Assembly: GCA_051362555.1 (NCBI GenBank)
Contig: CM120648.1
Location: 13,760,587 to 13,824,586, forward strand
From: Lingula anatina
Taxonomy: Eukaryota; Animalia; Brachiopoda
Reading direction: 5' to 3'
Length of the DNA stretch: 64,000 nucleotides
How positions within the stretch are numbered: the stretch's first letter is position 1; each line of letters begins with the position of its first letter. Below are positions 1 to 11,648 of this stretch, one piece after another. The notes under the pieces are model-generated. The model did no database searches, was not told the DNA's origin, and was given only the letters and a program-made list of their open reading frames with translations. The position numbers and the translations under genes are program-made.

Positions 1-344
1 TGAAAGACAACATCAGAAGCAGTGCTCTGTCTCATCCATGTGTGCAATACATGATATGTGGCAAGATTAAGGACATGGTCAAATGGTGTGCTAACAGTCC
101 AATTCCAGAAACCCACTGTAAGGATGAGTCTGCATCTGGTATTGGTAGTAAGGAGAAGTCTTGATTGGGTATATGTTGTTTTTCAGAGAACAATAATAGG
201 TAATTTGCCAGTTCCTACACAAACAAACACAAGTCATCACATTTGTTGTTTTATTTGAGATATAATGATTTATTGAAATATTGAAATATTTGTTTTTCGT
301 AAGTTCTCACTCTTCTGATCTGAATTGGCAATAACATACACTTA

Positions 345-673
345 GATTAAACACAGGGATGTGATAAGCTTTTCTCATATTTTTATTATTGTAAAGCATC
401 ATTTGTACAAATTTCACAAAGATTGGACCACATTTGTCCAAATTATTAACGTTTAACTATTTTGATCCATGGAATTTGCCATTGTTTTCAATGTAATTTT
501 TAGTTTTCTCGCATATATTGTCCGAAAAATGGTTTTGATTACACACAGTCAACTGATAATCTTATCTCAGATTTTTATTGTTATTAGGTATCATTTACAC
601 AAATTTCACAAACATTGGACCAGATTTGTGAAAATTATTAACATTTAACTATTTTATTCCATGGAATTTTTCC
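345..673. repeat. Internal ~192-bp direct subrepeat pair within the monomer (example copy; present in every full monomer)
   Basis: gattaaacacag..gataagcttttctca.atttttatt..catttgtacaaatttcacaaagattggaccacatttgtccaaattattaacgtttaactattttgatccatggaattt (~345-480) aligns with gattacacacag..gataatcttatctcagatttttatt..catttacacaaatttcacaaacattggaccagatttgtgaaaattattaacatttaactattttattccatggaattt (~537-673) at a 192-bp offset. Confidence 0.9.
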
Positions 674-704
674 TTTTTCCAGGTAAACCTTCCATTGCAG
701 CCTT

Positions 705-3700
705 GTGGCTTCTTGGTTGACAGACTCTTCCTGTCTCTTTATGGCTAATGTCTATAGAACAAAAAAGGCATTGAAAGACAACATCAGGAGCAGTGCTCTT
801 TCTCATCCATGTGTGCAATACATGATATGTGGCAAGATTAAGGACATGGTCAAATGGTGTGCTTACAGTCCAATTCCAGAAACCCACTGTAAGGACGAGT
901 CTGCATCTGGTATTGGAAGTAAGAAGAAGTCTTGATTGGGTATATGTTGTTTTTCAGAGAACAATAATAGGTAATTTGCCACAACCTACACCAACCACAT
1001 TTGTCCAAATTATTAATGTTTAACTATTTTGATCCATGGAATTTGCCATTGTTTCCAATGTAATTTTTAGTTTTCTCAAATATATTGTCCGAAAAATAGT
1101 TTTGATTACACACTGTAAACTGATAATCTTATCTCAGATTTTTGTTGTTATTAGGCATCATTTATACCAATTTCACAAACATTGGACCAGATTTGTGAAA
1201 ATTATTAATGTTTAACTATTTTGATCCATGGATTTTGCCCTTTTTCCAGGTAAACCTTCCATTGCAGCCTTGTGGCTTCTTGGTTGACAGACTCTTCCTG
1301 TCTCTTTATGGCTAATGCCTATAGAAAAAAACAGGCATTGAAAGACAACATCAGGAGCAGTGCTCTGTCTCATCTATGTGTGCAATACATGATATGTGGC
1401 AAGATTAAGGACATGGTCAAATGGTGTGCTAACAGTCCAATTCCAGAAACCCACTGTAAGGATGAGTCTGCATCTGGTATTGGTAGTAAGGAGAAGTCTT
1501 GATTGGGTATATGTTGTTTTTCAGAGAACAATAATAGGTAATTTGCCACTTCCTACACAAACAAACACAAGTCATCACATTTGTTGTTTTATTAGAGATA
1601 AAATGATTTATTGAAATATTGAAATATTTGTTTTTCGTAAGTTCTCACTCTTCTGATATGAATTGGTAATAAAATACACTTCAATTAAACACAGGGATGT
1701 GATAAGCTTTTCTCAGATTTTTATTGTTGTAAAGCATCATTTGTACAAATTTCACAAAGATTGGACCACATTTGTCCAAATTATTAACGTTTAACTATTT
1801 TGATCCATGGAATTTGCCATTGTTTTCAATGTAATTTTTAGTTTTTTCGAATATATTGTCCGAAAAATGGTTTTGATTACACACAGTCAACTGATAATCT
1901 TATCTCAGATTTTTATTGTTATTAGGCATCATTTATACCAATTTCACAAACATTGGACCAGATTTGTGAAAATTATTAACATTTAACTATTTTATTCCAT
2001 GGAATTTTTCCTTTTTCCAGGTAAACCTTCCATTGCAGCCTTGTGGCTTCTTGGTTGACACTCTTCCTGTCTCTTTATGGCTAATGTCTATAGAACAAAA
2101 AAGGCATTGAAAGACAACATCAGGAGCAGTGCTCTTTCTCATCCATGTGTGCAATACATGATATGTGGCAAGATTAAGGACATGGTCAAATAGTGTGCTT
2201 ACAGTCCAATTCCAGAAACCCACTATAAGGATGAGTCTGCATCTGGTATTGGTAGTAAGGAGAAGTCTTGATTGGGTATATGTTGTTTTTCAGAGAACAA
2301 TAATAGGTAATTTGCCACTTCCTACACAAACCAACACAAGTCATCACATATGTTGTTTTATTTGAGATAAAATGATTTATTGGAATATTGAAATATTTGT
2401 TTTCGTAAGTTCCCACTCTTCACATATGAATTGGCAATAAAATACATTTAAATTAAACACAGGGATGTGATAGCCTTTTTTCAGATTTTTATTGTTGTAA
2501 AGCATCATTTGTACAAATTTCACAAAGATTGGACCACATTTGTCCAAATTATTAACGTTTAACTATTTTGATCCATGGAATTTGCCATTGTTTTCAATGT
2601 AATTTTTAGTTTTCTCGAATATATTGTCCGAAAAATGGTTTTGATTACACACAGTCAACTGATAACCTTATCTCAGATTTTTATTGTTATTAGGCATCAT
2701 TTATACCAATTTCATAAACATTGTACCAGATTTGTGAAAATTATTAACATTTAACTATTTTATTCCATGGAATTTTTCCTTTTTCCAGGTAAACCTTCCA
2801 TTGCAGCCTTGTGGCTTCTTGGTTGACAGACTCTTACTGTCTCTTTATGGCTAATGCCTATAGAAAAAAACAGGCATTGAAAGACAACATCAGAAGCAGT
2901 GCTCTGTCTCATCCATGTGTGCAATACATGATATGTGGCAAGATTAAGGACATGGTCAAATGGTGTGCTAACAGTCCAATTCCAGAAACCCACTGTAAGG
3001 ATGAGTCTGCATCTGGTATTGGTAGTAAGGAGAAGTCTTGATTGGGTATATGTTGTTTTTCAGAGAACAATAACAGGTAATTTGCCAGTTCCTACACAAA
3101 CAAACACAAGTCATCACATTTGTTGTTTTATTTGAGATATAATGATTTATTGAAATATTGAAATATTTGTTTTTCGTAAGTTCTCACTCTTCTGAAATGA
3201 ATTGGCAATAACATACACTTAGATTAAACACAGGGATGTGATAAGCTTTTCTCAGATTTTTATTATTGTAAAGCATCATTTGTACAAATTTCACAAAGAT
3301 TGGACCACATTTGTCCAAATTATTAACGTTTAACTATTTTGATCCATGGAATTTGCCATTGTTTTCAATGTAATTTTTAGTTTTCTCGAATATATTGTCC
3401 GAAAAATGGTTTTGATTACACACAGTCAACTGATAACCTTATCTCAGATTTTTATTGTTATTAGGCATCATTTATACCAATTTCACAAACATTGGACCAG
3501 ATTTGTGAAAATTATTAACATTTAACTATTTTATTCCATGGAATTTTTCCTTTTTCCAGGTAAACCTTCCATTGCAGCCTTGTGGCTTCTTGGTTGACAG
3601 ACTCTTACTGTCTCTTTATGGCTAATGCCTATAGAAAAAAACAGGCATTGAAAGACAACATCAGAAGCAGTGCTCTGTCTCATCCATGTGTGCAATACAT

Positions 3701-6700
3701 GATATGTGGCAAGATTAAGGACATGGTCAAATGGTGTGCTAACAGTCCAATTCCAGAAACCCACTGTAAGGATGAGTCTGCATCTGGTATTGGTAGTAAG
3801 GAGAAGTCTTGATTGGGTATATGTTGTTTTTCAGAGAACAATAATAGGTAATTTGCCAGTTCCTACACAAACAAACACAAGTCATCACATTTGTTGTTTT
3901 ATTTGAGATATAATGATTTATTGAAATATTGAAATATTTGTTTTTCGTAAGTTCTCACTCTTCTGAAATGAATTGGCAATAACATACACTTAGATTAAAC
4001 ACAGGGATGTGATAAGCTTTTCTCAGATTTTTATTATTGTAAAGCATCATTTGTACAAATTTCACAAAGATTGGACCACATTTGTCCAAATTATTAACGT
4101 TTAACTATTTTGATCCATGGAATTTGCCATTGTTTTCAATGTAATTTTTAGTTTTCTCGCATATATTGTCCGAAAAATGGTTTTGATTACACACAGTCAA
4201 CTGATAATCTTATCTCAGATTTTTATTGTTATTAGGTATCATTTACACAAATTTCACAAACATTGGACCAGATTTGTGAAAATTATTAACATTTAACTAT
4301 TTTATTCCATGGAATTTTTCCTTTTTCCAGGTAAACCTTCCATTGCAGCCTTGTGGCTTCTTGGTTGACAGACTCTTCCTGTCTCTTTATGGCTAATGTC
4401 TATAGAACAAAAAAGGCATTGAAAGACAACATCAGGAGCAGTGCTCTTTCTCATCCATGTGTGCAATACATGATATGTGGCAAGATTAAGGACATGGTCA
4501 AATGGTGTGCTTACAGTCCAATTCCAGAAACCCACTGTAAGGACGAGTCTGCATCTGGTATTGGAAGTAAGGAGAAGTCTTGATTGGGTATATGTTGTTT
4601 TTCAGAGAACAATAATAGGTAATTTGCCACAACCTACACCAACCACATTTGTCCAAATTATTAATGTTTAACTATTTTGATCCATGGAATTTGCCATTGT
4701 TTCCAATGTAATTTTTAGTTTTCTCAAATATATTGTCCGAAAAATAGTTTTGATTACACACTGTAAACTGATAATCTTATCTCAGATTTTTGTTGTTATT
4801 AGGCATCATTTATACCAATTTCACAAACATTGGACCAGATTTGTGAAAATTATTAATGTTTAACTATTTTGATCCATGGATTTTGCCCTTTTTCCAGGTA
4901 AACCTTCCATTGCAGCCTTGTGGCTTCTTGGTTGACAGACTCTTCCTGTCTCTTTATGGCTAATGCCTATAGAAAAAAACAGGCATTGAAAGACAACATC
5001 AGGAGCAGTGCTCTGTCTCATCTATGTGTGCAATACATGATATGTGGCAAGATTAAGGACATGGTCAAATGGTGTGCTAACAGTCCAATTCCAGAAACCC
5101 ACTGTAAGGATGAGTCTGCATCTGGTATTGGTAGTAAGGAGAAGTCTTGATTGGGTATATGTTGTTTTTCAGAGAACAATAATAGGTAATTTGCCACTTC
5201 CTACACAAACAAACACAAGTCATCACATTTGTTGTTTTATTAGAGATAAAATGATTTATTGAAATATTGAAATATTTGTTTTTCGTAAGTTCTCACTCTT
5301 CTGATATGAATTGGTAATAAAATACACTTCAATTAAACACAGGGATGTGATAAGCTTTTCTCAGATTTTTATTGTTGTAAAGCATCATTTGTACAAATTT
5401 CACAAAGATTGGACCACATTTGTCCAAATTATTAACGTTTAACTATTTTGATCCATGGAATTTGCCATTGTTTTCAATGTAATTTTTAGTTTTTTCGAAT
5501 ATATTGTCCGAAAAATGGTTTTGATTACACACAGTCAACTGATAATCTTATCTCAGATTTTTATTGTTATTAGGCATCATTTATACCAATTTCACAAACA
5601 TTGGACCAGATTTGTGAAAATTATTAACATTTAACTATTTTATTCCATGGAATTTTTCCTTTTTCCAGGTAAACCTTCCATTGCAGCCTTGTGGCTTCTT
5701 GGTTGACACTCTTCCTGTCTCTTTATGGCTAATGTCTATAGAACAAAAAAGGCATTGAAAGACAACATCAGGAGCAGTGCTCTTTCTCATCCATGTGTGC
5801 AATACATGATATGTGGCAAGATTAAGGACATGGTCAAATAGTGTGCTTACAGTCCAATTCCAGAAACCCACTATAAGGATGAGTCTGCATCTGGTATTGG
5901 TAGTAAGGAGAAGTCTTGATTGGGTATATGTTGTTTTTCAGAGAACAATAATAGGTAATTTGCCACTTCCTACACAAACCAACACAAGTCATCACATATG
6001 TTGTTTTATTTGAGATAAAATGATTTATTGGAATATTGAAATATTTGTTTTCGTAAGTTCCCACTCTTCACATATGAATTGGCAATAAAATACATTTAAA
6101 TTAAACACAGGGATGTGATAGCCTTTTTTCAGATTTTTATTGTTGTAAAGCATCATTTGTACAAATTTCACAAAGATTGGACCACATTTGTGCAAATTAT
6201 TAACGTTTAACTATTTTGATCCATGGAATTTGCCATTGTTTTCAATGTAATTTTTAGTTTTCTCGAATATATTGTCCGAAAAATGGTTTTGATTACACAC
6301 AGTCAACTGATAACCTTATCTCAGATTTTTATTGTTATTAGGCATCATTTATACCAATTTCATAAACATTGTACCAGATTTGTGAAAATTATTAACATTT
6401 AACTATTTTATTCCATGGAATTTTTCCTTTTTCCAGGTAAACCTTCCATTGCAGCCTTGTGGCTTCTTGGTTGACAGACTCTTACTGTCTCTTTATGGCT
6501 AATGCCTATAGAAAAAAACAGGCATTGAAAGACAACATCAGAAGCAGTGCTCTGTCTCATCCATGTGTGCAATACATGATATGTGGCAAGATTAAGGACA
6601 TGGTCAAATGGTGTGCTAACAGTCCAATTCCAGAAACCCACTGTAAGGATGAGTCTGCATCTGGTATTGGTAGTAAGGAGAAGTCTTGATTGGGTATATG

Positions 6701-9700
6701 TTGTTTTTCAGAGAACAATAACAGGTAATTTGCCAGTTCCTACACAAACAAACACAAGTCATCACATTTGTTGTTTTATTTGAGATATAATGATTTATTG
6801 AAATATTGAAATATTTGTTTTTCGTAAGTTCTCACTCTTCTGAAATGAATTGGCAATAACATACACTTAGATTAAACACAGGGATGTGATAAGCTTTTCT
6901 CAGATTTTTATTATTGTAAAGCATCATTTGTACAAATTTCACAAAGATTGGACCACATTTGTCCAAATTATTAACGTTTAACTATTTTGATCCATGGAAT
7001 TTGCCATTGTTTTCAATGTAATTTTTAGTTTTCTCGAATATATTGTCCGAAAAATGGTTTTGATTACACACAGTCAACTGATAACCTTATCTCAGATTTT
7101 TATTGTTATTAGGCATCATTTATACCAATTTCACAAACATTGGACCAGATTTGTGAAAATTATTAACATTTAACTATTTTATTCCATGGAATTTTTCCTT
7201 TTTCCAGGTAAACCTTCCATTGCAGCCTTGTGGCTTCTTGGTTGACAGACTCTTACTGTCTCTTTATGGCTAATGCCTATAGAAAAAAACAGGCATTGAA
7301 AGACAACATCAGAAGCAGTGCTCTGTCTCATCCATGTGTGCAATACATGATATGTGGCAAGATTAAGGACATGGTCAAATGGTGTGCTAACAGTCCAATT
7401 CCAGAAACCCACTGTAAGGATGAGTCTGCATCTGGTATTGGTAGTAAGGAGAAGTCTTGATTGGGTATATGTTGTTTTTCAGAGAACAATAATAGGTAAT
7501 TTGCCAGTTCCTACACAAACAAACACAAGTCATCACATTTGTTGTTTTATTTGAGATATAATGATTTATTGAAATATTGAAATATTTGTTTTTCGTAAGT
7601 TCTCACTCTTCTGAAATGAATTGGCAATAACATACACTTAGATTAAACACAGGGATGTGATAAGCTTTTCTCAGATTTTTATTATTGTAAAGCATCATTT
7701 GTACAAATTTCACAAAGATTGGACCACATTTGTCCAAATTATTAACGTTTAACTATTTTGATCCATGGAATTTGCCATTGTTTTCAATGTAATTTTTAGT
7801 TTTCTCGCATATATTGTCCGAAAAATGGTTTTGATTACACACAGTCAACTGATAATCTTATCTCAGATTTTTATTGTTATTAGGTATCATTTACACAAAT
7901 TTCACAAACATTGGACCAGATTTGTGAAAATTATTAACATTTAACTATTTTATTCCATGGAATTTTTCCTTTTTCCAGGTAAACCTTCCATTGCAGCCTT
8001 GTGGCTTCTTGGTTGACAGACTCTTCCTGTCTCTTTATGGCTAATGTCTATAGAACAAAAAAGGCATTGAAAGACAACATCAGGAGCAGTGCTCTTTCTC
8101 ATCCATGTGTGCAATACATGATATGTGGCAAGATTAAGGACATGGTCAAATGGTGTGCTTACAGTCCAATTCCAGAAACCCACTGTATGGATGAGTCTGC
8201 ATCTGGTATTGGTAGTAAGGAGAAGTCTTGATTGGGTATATGTTGTTTTTCAGAGAACAATAATAGGTAATTTGCCACAACCTACACCAACCACATTTGT
8301 CCAAATTATTAATGTTTAACTATTTTGATCCATGGAATTTGCCATTGTTTCCAATGTAATTTTTAGTTTCCTCAAATATATTGTCCGAAAAATAGTTTTG
8401 ATTACACACTGTAAACTGATAATCTTATCTCAGATTTTTGTTGTTATTAGGCATCATTTATACCAATTTCACAAACATTGGACCAGATTTGTGAAAATTA
8501 TTAATGTTTAACTATTTTGATCCATGGATTTTGCCCTTTTTCCAGGTAAACCTTCCATTGCAGCCTTGTGGCTTCTTGGTTGACAGACTCTTCCTGTCTC
8601 TTTATGGCTAATGCCTATAGAAAAAAACAGGCATTGAAAGACAACATCAGGAGCAGTGCTCTGTCTCATCTATGTGTGCAATACATGATATGTGGCAAGA
8701 TTAAGGACATGGTCAAATGGTGTGCTAACAGTCCAATTCCAGAAACCCACTGTAAGGATGTGCCTGCATCTGGTATTGGTAGTAAGGAGAAGTCTTGATT
8801 GGGTATATGTTGTTTTTCAGAGAACAATAATAGGTAATTTGCCACTTCCTACACAAACAAACACAAGTCATCACATTTGTTGTTTTATTAGAGATAAAAT
8901 GATTTATTGAAATATTGAAATATTTGTTTTTCGTAAGTTCTCACTCTTCTGATATGAATTGGTAATAAAATACACTTCAATTAAACACAGGGATGTGATA
9001 AGCTTTTCTCAGATTTTTATTGTTGTAAAGCATCATTTGTACAAATTTCACAAAGATTGGACCACATTTGTCCAAATTATTAACGTTTAACTATTTTGAT
9101 CCATGGAATTTGCCATTGTTTTCAATGTAATTTTTAGTTTTTTCGAATATATTGTCCGAAAAATGGTTTTGATTACACACAGTCAACTGATAATCTTATC
9201 TCAGATTTTTATTGTTATTAGGCATCATTTATACCAATTTCACAAACATTGGACCAGATTTGTGAAAATTATTAACATTTAACTATTTTATTCCATGGAA
9301 TTTTTCCTTTTTCCAGGTAAACCTTCCATTGCAGCCTTGTGGCTTCTTGGTTGAGACTCTTCCTGTCTCTTTATGGCTAATGTCTATAGAACAAAAAAGG
9401 CATTGAAAGACAACATCAGGAGCAGTGCTCTTTCTCATCCATGTGTGCAATACATGATATGTGGCAAGATTAAGGACATGGTCAAATGGTGTGCTTACAG
9501 TCCAATTCCAGAAACCCACTGTAAGGATGAGTCTGCATCTGGTATTGGTAGTAAGGAGAAGTCTTGATTGGGTATATGTTGTTTTTCAGAGAACAATAAT
9601 AGGTAATTTGCCACTTCCTACACAAACCAACACAAGTCATCACATATGTTGTTTTATTTGAGATAAAATGATTTATTGGAATATTGAAATATTTGTTTTC

Positions 9701-11648
9701 GTAAGTTCCCACTCTTCACATATGAATTGGCAATAAAATACATTTAAATTAAACACAGGGATGTGATAGCCTTTTCTCAGATTTTTATTGTTGCAAAGCA
9801 TCATTTGTACAAATTTCACAAAGATTGGACCACATTTGTGCAAATTATTAACGTTTAACTATTTTGATCCATGGAATTTGTCATTGTTTTCAATGTAATT
9901 TTTAGTTTTCTCGAATATATTGTCTGAAAAATGGTTATGATTACACACAGTCAACTGATAATCTTATCTCAGATTTTTATTGTTTTTAGGCATCATTTAT
10001 ACCAATTTCATAAACATTGGACCAGATTTGTGAAAATTATTAACATTTAACTATTTTATTCCATGGAATTTTTCCTTTTTCCAGGTAAACCTTCCATTGC
10101 AGCCTTGTGGCTTCTTGGTTGACAGACTCTTACTGTCTCTTTATGGCTAATGCCTATAGAAAAAAACAGGCATTGAAAGACAACATCAGAAGCAGTGCTC
10201 TGTCTCATCCATGTGTGCAATACATGATATGTGGCAAGATTAAGGACATGGTCAAATGGTGTGCTAACAGTCCAATTCCAGAAACCCACTGTAAGGATGA
10301 GTCTGCATCTGGTATTGGTAGTAAGGAGAAGTCTTGATTGGGTATATGTTGTTTTTCAGAGAACAATAACAGGTAATTTGCCAGTTCCTACACAAACAAA
10401 CACAAGTCATCACATTTGTTGTTTTATTTGAGATATAATGATTTATTGAAATATTGAAATATTTGTTTTTCGTAAGTTCTCACTCTTCTGAAATGAATTG
10501 GCAATAACATACACTTAGATTAAACACAGGGATGTGATAAGCTTTTCTCAGATTTTTATTATTGTAAAGCATCATTTGTACAAATTTCACAAAGATTGGA
10601 CCACATTTGTCCAAATTATTAACGTTTAACTATTTTGATCCATGGAATTTGCCATTGTTTTCAATGTAATTTTTAGTTTTCTCGAATATATTGTCCGAAA
10701 AATGGTTTTGATTACACACAGTCAACTGATAACCTTATCTCAGATTTTTATTGTTATTAGGCATCATTTATACCAATTTCACAAACATTGGACCAGATTT
10801 GTGAAAATTATTAACATTTAACTATTTTATTCCATGGAATTTTTCCTTTTTCCAGGTAAACCTTCCATTGCAGCCTTGTGGCTTCTTGGTTGACAGACTC
10901 TTACTGTCTCTTTATGGCTAATGCCTATAGAAAAAAACAGGCATTGAAAGACAACATCAGAAGCAGTGCTCTGTCTCATCCATGTGTGCAATACATGATA
11001 TGTGGCAAGATTAAGGACATGGTCAAATGGTGTGCTAACAGTCCAATTCCAGAAACCCACTGTAAGGATGAGTCTGCATCTGGTATTGGTAGTAAGGAGA
11101 AGTCTTGATTGGGTATATGTTGTTTTTCAGAGAACAATAATAGGTAATTTGCCAGTTCCTACACAAACAAACACAAGTCATCACATTTGTTGTTTTATTT
11201 GAGATATAATGATTTATTGAAATATTGAAATATTTGTTTTTCGTAAGTTCTCACTCTTCTGAAATGAATTGGCAATAACATACACTTAGATTAAACACAG
11301 GGATGTGATAAGCTTTTCTCAGATTTTTATTATTGTAAAGCATCATTTGTACAAATTTCACAAAGATTGGACCACATTTGTCCAAATTATTAACGTTTAA
11401 CTATTTTGATCCATGGAATTTGCCATTGTTTTCAATGTAATTTTTAGTTTTCTCGCATATATTGTCCGAAAAATGGTTTTGATTACACACAGTCAACTGA
11501 TAATCTTATCTCAGATTTTTATTGTTATTAGGTATCATTTACACAAATTTCACAAACATTGGACCAGATTTGTGAAAATTATTAACATTTAACTATTTTA
11601 TTCCATGGAATTTTTCCTTTTTCCAGGTAAACCTTCCATTGCAGCCTT
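705..11648. repeat. 5-monomer higher-order repeat, 3648 bp x3 (567+769+770+771+771)
   Basis: The 567-bp variant monomer recurs at 705, 4353, 8001 and 11649, exactly 3648 bp apart. Diagnostic variants (2-bp deletion near gacact, gatagcc, taacaggt) recur in the same order. Confidence 0.93.

Noticed and set aside
683-748. Peptide VNLPLQPCGFLVDR after the splice-acceptor-like site, faintly reminiscent of PCG or CG-x-x-V motifs in some transposases and nucleases
   Set aside because: The frame closes after 21 codons and no further motifs follow in order. The similarity is too short to support; a translated HMM search would be needed.
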